DNA of 64,000 nucleotides from a virus. Under the pieces are notes generated by a model. The model was given only the letters and a program-made list of their open reading frames with translations, made no database searches and was not told where the DNA came from. Below, piece after piece: positions 1 through 10,350 of this stretch. The translations under genes and the position numbers were made by a program. How positions within the stretch are numbered: the first letter of the stretch is position 1; every line of letters starts with the position of its first letter. The stretch is from positions 7,272-71,271 of the IMG/VR virus record IMGVR_UViG_3300007513_002297. One strand, given 5' to 3'.

Positions 1-11
1 ACAAAAAAAAC

Positions 12-40
12 TTGACAACAACTAAAAATGTGGTTATAAT
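12..40 (+). promoter_or_regulatory. sigma70-type promoter
   Basis: TTGACA (12-17), 17-bp spacer, TATAAT (35-40); A-tract upstream; AAGGA SD follows. Confidence 0.85.
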
Positions 41-51
41 AAAAGGATAGT

Positions 52-825
52 TTGGAGACTAAATTGCCACATATATCATATTCGGAACTCAAAGATTGGG
101 CGTTTTGTGCTTTTTACCACAAATTAACACGAATTGACAAGCTCTCGGGATTCAAGGGAAACGCTTATACTGCTTTTGGAACAGCAATTCACAATGTTTG
201 CGAGAAAAAGCTACTTCAAGAACAAATAAATGAAGATTACTTTATTGAGCAGTTTGAGGAATGTATAAGTAAATTAGATGATGATGTAGAAATTGATAAA
301 AAGCTTGTAGGGGAAATGCGCTTACAAGGTAAACAAATAATTCCTGAAATTGAAGATGCATTGGAAGATTATTTTGAAGAGTATGAGGTCTTGTCTGTCG
401 AATTGCCTCTTTATGAAGTAATCGACGGAGACGAAGATTACATGTTTAAAGGTTACATCGATGCGATTGTAAAGACTCCAGACAACAAAGTACACATTTT
501 TGATTGGAAGACTTGTTCTTGGGGGTGGGACGCCCGCCGTCGAAGTGACAAAATGGTGACATATCAGCTTACCCTATATAAGCATTTTTTCGCGCAGAAG
601 ATGAACATTGATCCTAAAGATGTAGAAACCCATTTCGCCCTTTTAAAGAGAACTGCGAAGAAAAACAGAGTTGAACTATTTAGAGTCACTAGCGGTCCTC
701 GTAAAACAGCAAACGCATTAAATATGTTGCACAAGGCCCTATACAATATTAAAAATAGACGGTATATTAAAAACAGGCTGTCTTGCAATAATTGTAACTT
801 TAGACACACTAAACATTGTCCATGA
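52..825 (+). CDS. PD-(D/E)XK nuclease, Cas4/RecB-like, probable Fe-S cluster
   Basis: TTG start after SD; G-x-x-I-H, GYIDAI and FDWKT motifs, QL-x-x-Y; one N-terminal Cys plus C-terminal CNNC...C. Confidence 0.8.
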   Translation: METKLPHISYSELKDWAFCAFYHKLTRIDKLSGFKGNAYTAFGTAIHNVCEKKLLQEQINEDYFIEQFEECISKLDDDVEIDKKLVGEMRLQGKQIIPEIEDALEDYFEEYEVLSVELPLYEVIDGDEDYMFKGYIDAIVKTPDNKVHIFDWKTCSWGWDARRRSDKMVTYQLTLYKHFFAQKMNIDPKDVETHFALLKRTAKKNRVELFRVTSGPRKTANALNMLHKALYNIKNRRYIKNRLSCNNCNFRHTKHCP

Positions 826-832
826 GGTATTA

Positions 833-2119
833 ATGACAAAGAAAAAGATTTTGGTCTTATCAGACCACCCCCTTTCGCCGTCAGGCGTAGGGACACAAAC
901 AAAGTATATGATTGAGGCGCTCCTAAAGACAGGGCGCTATCAGTTTATCTGCTTAGGTGGAGCAGTTAAGCATAACGACTACACTCCCCAAAAGGTAGAG
1001 CCATGGAAGGACGACTGGGTTATCTTTCCTATTGATGGTTATGGAAATCATGATATTGTGCGCTCGCTTTTGCAAAAAGAGCGTCCAGACGCATTATGGT
1101 TTATGACTGATCCTAGATTTTATGGATGGCTATGGGAAATCGAAAATGAAATTCGAGCTAATGTCCCAATGATTTATTATCATGTTTGGGATAACTTCCC
1201 GGCGCCCTATTTTAATAGCGCTTTTTATCGTTCAACGGATGAAGTGGTCTGTATCTCAAAAGTGACGCATGCGATTTTACAAGAAGTAGCGCCAGATGTT
1301 AGTTCTTGTTATCTTCCCCATGCGGTTAATTCTAACATTTTTCACAAATTCAAGACTCCTGAAAAAACAGAACTTCTAGAACAACTTAGAACGCGAATAA
1401 CGACTCAAAGCGGCACAAAATATAAAAATCCAAAGAAAAAGATTTTCTTTTGGAATAATCGTAATGCACGCCGCAAACAAAGCGGGACCCTGGTATGGTG
1501 GTTTAAGGAATTCTTGGATGAAGTAGGGCACGATAAGGCATGCCTATTAATGCACACCGATCCTGTAGATCAACATGGACAGGATCTTCCGCACATTATT
1601 GAGCACTTAGGCGCCGTTGATGGACAAATTTTGATATCGAGTCAAAAAGTAACACCAGAAGAATTAGCTAATATGTATAATGTTGCTGATTACACCATTA
1701 ACATTTCCGATGCAGAAGGCTTTGGACTCTCAACGCTTGAATCGCTATCTTGTGGAACTCCTATTATTGTTAATATGACAGGAGGACTACAAGAGCAAGT
1801 AACAGATGGAGAAAATTGGTTTGGATTCGGTATCGAGCCGACGTCAAAAGCCATTATAGGCTCTGTACAAGTGCCTTATATTTATGAAGATCGAATTTCA
1901 CAAAAAGATTTTAACAAGACGCTCAAAGCGGCAATAAAGCTGGGTCCCAAGAGTTATAAGAAAATGTCTATTATGGGGCGCCAACATGTTAAAGACAATT
2001 ATAATTTTGATAACTATGAAAAACAATGGGTGGAAACTATGGATAACATTATAGAAAAGCACGGATCTTGGAATAATAGAGAAGGCTATGAACGTTGGCA
2101 CTTGCTGGAGGTGGCATGA
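833..2119 (+). CDS. Glycosyltransferase family 4 (GT-B)
   Basis: LSDHPLSPSGVG N-terminus; RNARRK; EGFGLSTLESLSCGTPII (E-x7-E). Confidence 0.85.
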   Translation: MTKKKILVLSDHPLSPSGVGTQTKYMIEALLKTGRYQFICLGGAVKHNDYTPQKVEPWKDDWVIFPIDGYGNHDIVRSLLQKERPDALWFMTDPRFYGWLWEIENEIRANVPMIYYHVWDNFPAPYFNSAFYRSTDEVVCISKVTHAILQEVAPDVSSCYLPHAVNSNIFHKFKTPEKTELLEQLRTRITTQSGTKYKNPKKKIFFWNNRNARRKQSGTLVWWFKEFLDEVGHDKACLLMHTDPVDQHGQDLPHIIEHLGAVDGQILISSQKVTPEELANMYNVADYTINISDAEGFGLSTLESLSCGTPIIVNMTGGLQEQVTDGENWFGFGIEPTSKAIIGSVQVPYIYEDRISQKDFNKTLKAAIKLGPKSYKKMSIMGRQHVKDNYNFDNYEKQWVETMDNIIEKHGSWNNREGYERWHLLEVA

Positions 2120-3372
2120 GAAAAAAAGTCTTACTAAAGGGACCCCTTCTAACGCGTTCGGGGTATGGTGAGCAAACCCGTTTTGCTCTAAGGTCTCTAA
2201 TGAGTCGACCCGATTTGTTTGAAATATATATTCAACCGCTGCAATGGGGACAGACGTCTTGGTTAGCCGATTTGGATGAAGAACGCGTCTGGATTGATCA
2301 AACTATCGAAAAGACTATAGGATACATCCAACAAAATGGCGCATTTGATATTGCAATACAAGTTACCATTCCGAACGAATGGCAAAAAATAGGGACTACC
2401 AACATTGGATATACAGCAGGAATCGAAACAACACAAGTATCACCACAGTGGATAGAGATCGGTAACCAAATAGATAAAATTGTGGTGGTATCCAACCACG
2501 CAAAAGATGTATATCAGAAGACCGCCTATGATGCCCACAATCAACAAACCAAAGAAGAGGTTGTGTTGCAATTGCAGACAGACATTACAGCAGTTAATTA
2601 TCCAGTTAAGACCTATGAGTCACCCCAATTGGAAGAATTGAACTTACATTATGATTTTAATTTTCTGACACTAGCTCAAATGGGCCCACGAAAAAATCTA
2701 ATGAATACGATTAGATGGTTTATGGAAGAATTTAAAGATGAAGAAGTGGGATTAGTAGTCAAGACTAACCGCGCTAAAAATTGTGTTCTCGATAGAGAAT
2801 ATGTTTTTAACGAAATACGCAAATTTACTACAAGCATGGGGGATACCACATGTAAGGTATATCTTTTGCACGGAGATATGTCCGATGAAGAAATACATGC
2901 TTTATATGTACACCCCCAGTTAAAGAGTCTCGTTACTTTTACACACGGAGAAGGCTTTGGTCTTCCAATTTTTGAAGCAGCTTATAGCGGCATGCCTGTG
3001 GTGGCCACTGGATGGTCTGGGCAATTGGATTTCTTAGTAGATGAAAACCGCAAGGAGCATTTTTATAATGTGTCGTTTGATATTGCTCCGATTCCTCAAG
3101 AGGTGGTGTGGGACGGCGTTATAACAAAGGAGTCGATGTGGGCTTATCCTCGCGAGCAGTCCGCAAAAGAGCAAATGCGCCAATGTTATAACGACATTGT
3201 TGAGAATGCTCCCGATACTCCTGCTACAACAACTGACGAGTATCGTACGTGGCTGAACGAGAAGTTCTCTCCAGAAATCATGTATGCGCAGTTTGTAGAT
3301 GCTATTATCAAGGAAGAAGAATTCGACGTAGAGTCGTGGTTGGATGGATTAGATATTCAGGAAATCGAGTGA
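2116..3372 (+). CDS. Glycosyltransferase family 4 (GT-B)
   Basis: Start moved to ATG 2116 (ATGA overlap, GGAGG SD); RSGYG, PRKN, HGEGFGLPIFEAAYSGMPVV. Confidence 0.85.
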   Translation: MRKKVLLKGPLLTRSGYGEQTRFALRSLMSRPDLFEIYIQPLQWGQTSWLADLDEERVWIDQTIEKTIGYIQQNGAFDIAIQVTIPNEWQKIGTTNIGYTAGIETTQVSPQWIEIGNQIDKIVVVSNHAKDVYQKTAYDAHNQQTKEEVVLQLQTDITAVNYPVKTYESPQLEELNLHYDFNFLTLAQMGPRKNLMNTIRWFMEEFKDEEVGLVVKTNRAKNCVLDREYVFNEIRKFTTSMGDTTCKVYLLHGDMSDEEIHALYVHPQLKSLVTFTHGEGFGLPIFEAAYSGMPVVATGWSGQLDFLVDENRKEHFYNVSFDIAPIPQEVVWDGVITKESMWAYPREQSAKEQMRQCYNDIVENAPDTPATTTDEYRTWLNEKFSPEIMYAQFVDAIIKEEEFDVESWLDGLDIQEIE

Positions 3373-4220
3373 AGTTTATTTTTGTGGCTGATTTCTTTGT
3401 CGAGCATATGCTCACCAAAGGGGTCATAGGGGGAGGAGAGCTTAATAATGAAGAGTGTATACGGTTATTAATTTCTCAAAAACATTCAGTAAGCAAAATG
3501 TTGTGCCACCAAATTACTCCTTCCTTTATTAACGACAATAAAGATAGTAACTTTATTATCGCTAATTTTGTAAAGCTACACCCAGCTTGTATGGAGGCTC
3601 TCTCTCAAACAAACTATGTCATATACGAACATGATCACAAATATCTTCAAGCGCGCAATCCAGCGCTTTATGAAAATTTTAAAGCCCCCAAAGAAGATAT
3701 TGTAAATTTAGAATTTTATAAAAATGCGAGAGCGGTGTTATGTCAGTCACAATTTCATATGGGCATTGTTGAAAAAAACACCGGTTTAACAAATATAATC
3801 AATTTGGGTGGTAATTTGTGGCCCATTTCTTCTCTTAAGTTAGTTGAAGAAATTTCTAAAAAACAAAAGCATAAGAAATGCTCTATTTTGGATTCCCGAG
3901 AGCCTCATAAAAACACTCAAGAAGCAATTAAGTGGTGTTTGATAAATGATATGAAATTTGATTTAATTCGTAATCCGATTTATGCCGAATTTTTGTCTGC
4001 TTTGGGAACTAATGAAAAGTTTGTATTTCTTCCAAAAACTCCGGAGACGCTTTCGAGAGTGGCTGTAGAAGCGCGAATGATGAACATGTCATTGATTACC
4101 AACAATATGGTAGGCGCCTCCATGGAGCCATGGTTTAAACTGAAAGGAAAAGAGCTTATAGAAGTTGTTTATAAAATGAGAGAAACTATTCCCGCCAAAG
4201 TGGTAGAGGCATTTAAATGA
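3369..4220 (+). CDS. Glycosyltransferase, GT-B-like
   Basis: Start moved to GTG 3369 (GTGA overlap); GGGE N-terminal loop; PETLSRVAVEA (E-x7-E). Confidence 0.65.
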   Translation: MKFIFVADFFVEHMLTKGVIGGGELNNEECIRLLISQKHSVSKMLCHQITPSFINDNKDSNFIIANFVKLHPACMEALSQTNYVIYEHDHKYLQARNPALYENFKAPKEDIVNLEFYKNARAVLCQSQFHMGIVEKNTGLTNIINLGGNLWPISSLKLVEEISKKQKHKKCSILDSREPHKNTQEAIKWCLINDMKFDLIRNPIYAEFLSALGTNEKFVFLPKTPETLSRVAVEARMMNMSLITNNMVGASMEPWFKLKGKELIEVVYKMRETIPAKVVEAFK

Positions 4221-4945
4221 AAACACTATTGCTATCTTATCCACGTAGTGGAAACTCTTGGTGTCGTTATATATTGGAATCTATAACAGGGCGCCCCACC
4301 ACCGGCTTCCCTCTCTTGCACCCATGGACAGGAAACGTTAACTCACATTATTTTGGTAATGACGAATTTGATGACGACGTTATTCTTAAGCTTCATGGAG
4401 ACCCAACGGAATTGTACAGGGATCGTGCAGCGCTGCTTGGGGGTCGGACTTCCTTAATTGAAAAATACCTTAACAAAGAATATGCTTTAATACTTTTGAT
4501 AAGAGATCCGGTAGAAGCCATAACTCGGCATGAGGGACACAATCCAGGTTGCCCCATAAGATCACGCGTACGGGACCCGAATTATTATTATTTTAAAAAT
4601 ATTAAATTATTTGATTCTTATAATGGTTTGAAAATAGCTGTATATTATGAAGATTTAATTCAAAATCCGAAGGTGTTTATAAGAAAACTAGGAGCATTTA
4701 TGGGCGTAGAAAATTATGATCAAAAGGTAGAAAGTTTTATGGACAATTTTGAACCTCATAGAGAAACATCAAGACAATTATATAGTGCCAACGTCCAGAA
4801 GACACAAACCAACGGAAAGCCCGACAGCATTAAATTCCACAGTAGCAATTATTCTCAAAATTATTTAAAAGCACAATGGGAGAAAATAACCCAATATCAA
4901 GATCCGGACGTATTGAAATACATAGAAAGATATAAAGTATCATGA
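4217..4945 (+). CDS. Sulfotransferase (PAPS-dependent)
   Basis: SYPRSGNSW 5'-PSB loop, IRDP 3'-PB motif, YEDLIQNP. Confidence 0.8.
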   Translation: MKTLLLSYPRSGNSWCRYILESITGRPTTGFPLLHPWTGNVNSHYFGNDEFDDDVILKLHGDPTELYRDRAALLGGRTSLIEKYLNKEYALILLIRDPVEAITRHEGHNPGCPIRSRVRDPNYYYFKNIKLFDSYNGLKIAVYYEDLIQNPKVFIRKLGAFMGVENYDQKVESFMDNFEPHRETSRQLYSANVQKTQTNGKPDSIKFHSSNYSQNYLKAQWEKITQYQDPDVLKYIERYKVS

Positions 4946-5844
4946 AAATACTTCTAACAGCGAACAAGACATACAGAGGAAATGCCGATACGGCGTATTG
5001 GTATGTTTATCTGCCTTTAAAACAATTGGGGCACGAAGTGTATTGGTATGATACGGTCGCTCCTGTAGAAAAAGATTATAGTAAAATAATAGAGAGATTT
5101 AAGCCAGATTTAATTTTTTGTTGTTTAACTAATAATCGCACCATTACTCCTTTTGAGCCATGGCAAGAGATTATACAAGAAACAGAGTCCGGAAGGACTA
5201 AGACATTTAACTGGTTTTGTGACGATACATGGAGGTTTGATACATTTTCTCATGGGGCGTGTCATTGCTTTAGTGTTTGCTCAACTCCCGATCCCACTTA
5301 TATAGAAAAGTATAAAGCTGTTGGTTATGATAATATATTAGTAGGCATGTGGCATGTCAACTCAGAATTTTATCCTAAAATAGAATTTGAAGAAAAAACA
5401 ATTGACATGTCATTCATCGGTGCCCCCACTCCAACTCGGAAATTAATATTTGAACAGGTAGATGTGCCAATTCAGAATATCTTTGGAGTTTCTATGGAAG
5501 AGTTGTTTTTAAAGCACTCGCAGAGTAAAATAGGGGTAAATTTTAGCACTAACGATAATGATCCTTTTCAAAAGACAGAGATAAAACAAAGAATTTTTGA
5601 AATCACAGCCGGCGCCGGATTATTACTCACCCAGCACCATAGCGGCATAGAACAACTTTTTGAAATTGACAAAGAAATTATCACATTCACAACTTTAGAA
5701 GAGCTTTCCGTGAAGGCTAAATTCTTGTTAAAGAATCCAAAGATAACTAAGCACATTGCTGCAGCCGGTTATAAAAGATTTATTGCAGAACATGATTCAA
5801 AAATTAGATTAAAAGGTCTTATAGAACAGATAGGAGAACTATAA
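4942..5844 (+). CDS. CgeB/YkvP-like glycosyltransferase
   Basis: WFCDD, SFIG...R, KQRIFEITAGAGLLL, IA-x-x-GY-x-R-x-x-x-EH C-terminal signature. Confidence 0.75.
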   Translation: MKILLTANKTYRGNADTAYWYVYLPLKQLGHEVYWYDTVAPVEKDYSKIIERFKPDLIFCCLTNNRTITPFEPWQEIIQETESGRTKTFNWFCDDTWRFDTFSHGACHCFSVCSTPDPTYIEKYKAVGYDNILVGMWHVNSEFYPKIEFEEKTIDMSFIGAPTPTRKLIFEQVDVPIQNIFGVSMEELFLKHSQSKIGVNFSTNDNDPFQKTEIKQRIFEITAGAGLLLTQHHSGIEQLFEIDKEIITFTTLEELSVKAKFLLKNPKITKHIAAAGYKRFIAEHDSKIRLKGLIEQIGEL

Positions 5845-5846
5845 TT

Positions 5847-6872
5847 ATGAAAATATTTGTCCCCGATTATTCATCACATGCCGGCAAGTGGATATATGCC
5901 GGCATTGCAAACGCCTGGAAACAACTCGGACATCAACCCATTATAGATCCAGCTAAAGTGGACACAGACGGCAATTCGACCCACCACGCCCCGATGCCTG
6001 AGCACCCACTAGAGGAAGATTATATAATGATGTTTACTGATCATAATGCTGAAAATTCGAATTCAATATTTAGAGAAAGGGTAGCCAACAGCTATAAGTC
6101 TTTTGTTTTTGTACAACCACATATGTATCCGGCCCCATGGGGCGCCCACACCAATTATCATTCGCTAGCGTCTGATAAGACAGTACAATTTCTCAACGAG
6201 AGCGATAACGTGTATTTGTGGACATTTGCTGATATCTTGACGCCAGGTTCTCTCATCGTTGACCCTCCTCGGGATCGCCGTGGCGTAATATATCAAAAAT
6301 ATGTACCAGATTGTTATGCGAAATGGAAAAAGGTTCACACTGTTCCCTTGGGTTTTGATTCGGTGGGATATTTGCCGATTGCTGATCCAACTTATGCTCA
6401 ATATGATGTCTCCTTCGTAGGCGGCTGGGTAGATAACGGATTTAACGAAAAGCGAGCTATTATGCTAGAAATTTTTAAGGCATTTAAACATAGTGGTTTA
6501 AAGTGTGGCTTTTTCATTAATAAAAATATTAGCCATGATCAAGAAAATAGACTTCTTTATAATAGTAAAGTATGCCTGAATATTCACGATAAATACCAGC
6601 GCGTTTTGGGGGGCGATACCAATGAAAGGACTTATAAATCTTTAGGACTTGGTGGTGTTATGATATCAGACAAAGTTTCTCAATTGGAAAGGCTTTTTCC
6701 CAATGTAAAAACTTCGAACGATCCTGAAGAATTAGTGAGAATGGCTAAAGAATATGTTTCGCTGCCTTCTGAAGAGTTAAACGATTTAAAAGAAGAAAAT
6801 CGACAAAACATTTTGGACAATCACTGTTATACTCATAGAATGAGTCAGTTATTAAGCGCGGAAAACGATTAA
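5847..6872 (+). CDS. CgeB/YkvP-like glycosyltransferase
   Basis: YDVSFVGG, SKVCLNIH, NERTY, HCYTHRM C-terminus. Confidence 0.7.
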   Translation: MKIFVPDYSSHAGKWIYAGIANAWKQLGHQPIIDPAKVDTDGNSTHHAPMPEHPLEEDYIMMFTDHNAENSNSIFRERVANSYKSFVFVQPHMYPAPWGAHTNYHSLASDKTVQFLNESDNVYLWTFADILTPGSLIVDPPRDRRGVIYQKYVPDCYAKWKKVHTVPLGFDSVGYLPIADPTYAQYDVSFVGGWVDNGFNEKRAIMLEIFKAFKHSGLKCGFFINKNISHDQENRLLYNSKVCLNIHDKYQRVLGGDTNERTYKSLGLGGVMISDKVSQLERLFPNVKTSNDPEELVRMAKEYVSLPSEELNDLKEENRQNILDNHCYTHRMSQLLSAEND

Positions 6873-6887
6873 ACTCAAGAAGAAAAA

Positions 6888-7628
6888 ATGAATAATTTAA
6901 AAATGTCTGCTATTATACCTTGTTATAATGCTGAAAAATGGATTGATGAATGTTTAAGGAGCGCTCTAATCCAAACATATGAAAATATGGAAGTTATTTT
7001 TGTTGATAACGAGAGCACGGACGATAGCTATCAAATAGCAAAAAATGTACAGAAGGAATATCCCGAATTAAAAATATCATCCGCGCCAAACATATATCGA
7101 TATTCTTGGACCGAACCAGTTGAAGAAGCCTTGACGATGGCAACGGGAGATTATTTTACAATAGTTGGCGCTGATGATTATCTAAAAGAATGTTATATTG
7201 AAAATGTAATGAAGATAGTTTCTACAAACCCAGATAAAATCAAGTTATTGCAATCTCCGATTAAAGGCGTTAAAGGAGATAAAGAGCAATTTTTGGAAGA
7301 AATAAGGCATTCCTATAAAAATTTGGATGAATTTAAAAGACTATTGTTTGAAAAGTGTCCCGTAACAACCCCCACAATGGTTTATAAAAAAGAATTACAC
7401 GATAAAGGAATTATTCGCTGGAATTCAAAAGAGTGTTTAGGCGCCGCCGATTATGATTTATATTTTAATATAGCGGATCACGGATTATTCATATATCCCT
7501 ATCCAAATTGGATTGGATATTTCTACAGATGGCATGAAGGACAAGCTACATGGGGAATGCACAAAGAAGCCACAAGCTATGATCAATTAATAAAAGAACG
7601 ATGGTATAAAAGGTGGCTCAATGAATGA
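6888..7628 (+). CDS. Glycosyltransferase family 2
   Basis: IIPCYNAE, VDNESTD, GADD, DYDL, YRWH. Confidence 0.9.
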   Translation: MNNLKMSAIIPCYNAEKWIDECLRSALIQTYENMEVIFVDNESTDDSYQIAKNVQKEYPELKISSAPNIYRYSWTEPVEEALTMATGDYFTIVGADDYLKECYIENVMKIVSTNPDKIKLLQSPIKGVKGDKEQFLEEIRHSYKNLDEFKRLLFEKCPVTTPTMVYKKELHDKGIIRWNSKECLGAADYDLYFNIADHGLFIYPYPNWIGYFYRWHEGQATWGMHKEATSYDQLIKERWYKRWLNE

Positions 7629-9408
7629 AAAGATTAGAGTAGTTGATTATATAGCAAATAGGATTTCTGAGTTAGGAGTCGAACACATTTTTACATTAAC
7701 CGGCGGCGGCGCGATGTTTTTAAATGATTGTGTTGCTAAGCATGATAAACTTAAAGCAGTTTGCAGCCATCACGAACAGGCGTCAGCCATGGCAGCCGTA
7801 GCATATGCTAAGTATACCAATAATTTTTCAGTTACGATGCCAACTACCGGATGTGGTAGCACGAATTGTATAACTGGACTTTTAGATGCGTGGCAAGATA
7901 ACGTTCCATGTATTTTCATCTCTGGGCAAGTTAATAAAATGCAAACATGTTATAATTCAAAAGCTAAAATAAGACAATTTGGCGTTCAAGAAGCAAACAT
8001 TGTAGAGCTTGTTAAACCAATTACAAAATATGCCGTGATGATTAATGAGCCTGAAGAAATAGGCTATCATTTTGATAAGGCGATATATCATGCTAGTGAA
8101 GGCAGAAAAGGTCCAGTATGGATTGACATTCCATTAGATGTCCAGGGCGCCTTCATTGAGCCTTCTAAATTAAAGAGATTTGTGGTTGAAGAAAAAAAGG
8201 TTATTTGCGAATTAACACAATTTGAAATGCTTCTTGAAAGCTCTCAACGGCCTGTCATTTTGGCCGGAAATGGTGTGAGATTGGCTAATGGCGCAGAAGC
8301 ATTACAAAAGTTTGCAGAAAAACATAATATACCAGTTGTAACTACTTTTCTAGGTGTTGACTTAATGCCCTCCGAACATAATTTAAATATAGGACGCGTC
8401 GGCATCAAGGGTGGTCGAGCCGCAAACTTTGCAATGCAAAATTCTGATATGTTGTTATCGATAGGAACACGCTTAAGCGTCCCATCGACTGGCTATAAAT
8501 ATGAATATTTTGCTAGAGAAGCTAAAATTGTAGTTGTGGATATAGATCCAGAAGAACATAACAAAAATACGGTTAAAATTGATTTATTTTTAGAAATGGA
8601 TGCTAAGGATTTTATGGACAAAACAGAATTTGAACATAGAAGTAGCGATTGGTGGTCTGATACTTGTTTAAAGTGGAAGAATAAATGGCCAGTATTTTTA
8701 CCAGAGCATGAAGACGATAGTAATGGAATCAGTTTGTATTATTTCATGAAAAGGCTATCAGAATCGTTGGATTCGGAATCCGTTGTTGTGGGAGACGCTG
8801 GTTCCGCTTATTATGTTCCATCACAAGCGTTGCAAATTAAAGATCAACAAAGGCATATTACGTCCGGAGCACAAGCGGAAATGGGATTTACAATTCCTGC
8901 ATGCATTGGAATTGCATTTGCTATGAAAGATCCAAAAGTAGTAGGAATCACCGGAGACGGATCCTTTCAAACCAACATACAAGAATTACAAACGATTGTT
9001 CATTATGGTCTTCCAATTAAATTATTTATTTGGAATAATGATGGTTATTTGTCAATAAGAACTACACAAAAGAAGTATTTTGAAGGAAGATTTATAGGGA
9101 CAGATAAAAACGACGGAGTTTCATTTCCAGATACAGAAAAAATAGCAAATGCTTACGGTATAAAATATTTTTTATTTTCAAATAATGAAGAACTTGATGC
9201 CAATTTACGCAAAGCAATTGAATTTGATGGGCCAGCTATTTGTGAGGTAATGTGTAAAAAGTGGGATCAAGTACTCCCAACTTTAAGTGCGAAGAAATTA
9301 GATGATGGTAGGATGATTTCCAAACCATTAGAAGATATGTATCCTTTCTTGACACGAAAGGAATTTTATGATAATATGATAATAAATCCATTGGAGGAAA
9401 AAGAATAA
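7621..9408 (+). CDS. ThDP-dependent acetolactate-synthase-like enzyme (YerE-like carboligase)
   Basis: HHEQ catalytic Glu, GRKGPVWIDIPLD, GDGS...NNDGY ThDP motif; sits in a deoxysugar cluster beside RfbH. Confidence 0.85.
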   Translation: MNEKIRVVDYIANRISELGVEHIFTLTGGGAMFLNDCVAKHDKLKAVCSHHEQASAMAAVAYAKYTNNFSVTMPTTGCGSTNCITGLLDAWQDNVPCIFISGQVNKMQTCYNSKAKIRQFGVQEANIVELVKPITKYAVMINEPEEIGYHFDKAIYHASEGRKGPVWIDIPLDVQGAFIEPSKLKRFVVEEKKVICELTQFEMLLESSQRPVILAGNGVRLANGAEALQKFAEKHNIPVVTTFLGVDLMPSEHNLNIGRVGIKGGRAANFAMQNSDMLLSIGTRLSVPSTGYKYEYFAREAKIVVVDIDPEEHNKNTVKIDLFLEMDAKDFMDKTEFEHRSSDWWSDTCLKWKNKWPVFLPEHEDDSNGISLYYFMKRLSESLDSESVVVGDAGSAYYVPSQALQIKDQQRHITSGAQAEMGFTIPACIGIAFAMKDPKVVGITGDGSFQTNIQELQTIVHYGLPIKLFIWNNDGYLSIRTTQKKYFEGRFIGTDKNDGVSFPDTEKIANAYGIKYFLFSNNEELDANLRKAIEFDGPAICEVMCKKWDQVLPTLSAKKLDDGRMISKPLEDMYPFLTRKEFYDNMIINPLEEKE

Positions 9409-9409
9409 C

Positions 9410-10342
9410 ATGAGTGCAAATGATATAAACAAGGTCACAGTTTTGAGATTAAGGAGGCACAAGAGAGAAAAGATTAAGACAGTTTTAACTACTGCTTATG
9501 ATTATCCACAAGCTAGAATAGCTGATGGTGCCGGTGTTGATTGTATTTTGGTTGGCGATTCTTTAGGAATGACAACTTTAGGTTATAAAACAACAATACC
9601 TGTAACAATGGACGACATGATAAGACATTCGGAGGCAGTAGCCAAAGGTGCAAAACATGCTTTTCTTATTGGAGATATGCCTTATATGTCATATCAGATT
9701 TCGAATGAAGACGCTATCGCGAATGCTGGGCGATTTGTAAGAGCCGGCATGGATTGTGTTAAAGTCGAAGGTGCGATGACAGAGCGGATTAAAGCAATTG
9801 CCGATAGTGGAATTATGGTCATGAGCCATCTTGGCTTAACTCCCCACACTAGAGCAAAGTTGGGGGGATATCGCGTACAAGGAAAGACCGCAAAGCAAGC
9901 AGAAATTATACTCAAACAGGCAATTGATCTTCAAGAGGCTGGTTGTTCGTTTTTGTTATTAGAAGGCATGCCCCGAGAGTCTGCGCAGATTATTTCAGAC
10001 GAGCTTTTAATTCCTGTTTATGGAATTGGCGCCGGCAATAAAGTAGACGGACAGTTGGTTATTTTCCATGATTTGATGGGGTTATTTTGGGAATTTAAGT
10101 CTAAGTTTGTTAAGCGATATTGTGAAGCCGGCCAAATTATGCAGGAGGCACTAAAGCAATATGCCGACGAAGTAAGAGCGGGACAATTTCCAGCACAAGA
10201 AAATTTTTATGCTATTAAAGAAGAAGAATTAGAAAAGCTTTTGGGAGGAGGCAATTGGAAGCACGAGATCATTTATGAAAACGATCAAGGATTTCCAACC
10301 AACCATAGTGCCACTCCAAACACTATTACGCGAAAAAAATAA
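9410..10342 (+). CDS. panB: Ketopantoate hydroxymethyltransferase-family enzyme
   Basis: TAYD, LVGDSLGM, DMP, VKVEG, HLGLTP, GIGAG, DGQ-x-V-x-HD all present. Confidence 0.9.
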   Translation: MSANDINKVTVLRLRRHKREKIKTVLTTAYDYPQARIADGAGVDCILVGDSLGMTTLGYKTTIPVTMDDMIRHSEAVAKGAKHAFLIGDMPYMSYQISNEDAIANAGRFVRAGMDCVKVEGAMTERIKAIADSGIMVMSHLGLTPHTRAKLGGYRVQGKTAKQAEIILKQAIDLQEAGCSFLLLEGMPRESAQIISDELLIPVYGIGAGNKVDGQLVIFHDLMGLFWEFKSKFVKRYCEAGQIMQEALKQYADEVRAGQFPAQENFYAIKEEELEKLLGGGNWKHEIIYENDQGFPTNHSATPNTITRKK

Positions 10343-10350
10343 TCACATTT

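Noticed and set aside
1-900. CRISPR-Cas locus suggested by the Cas4-like gene
   Set aside because: No repeat-spacer array and no other cas gene seen anywhere in the window.
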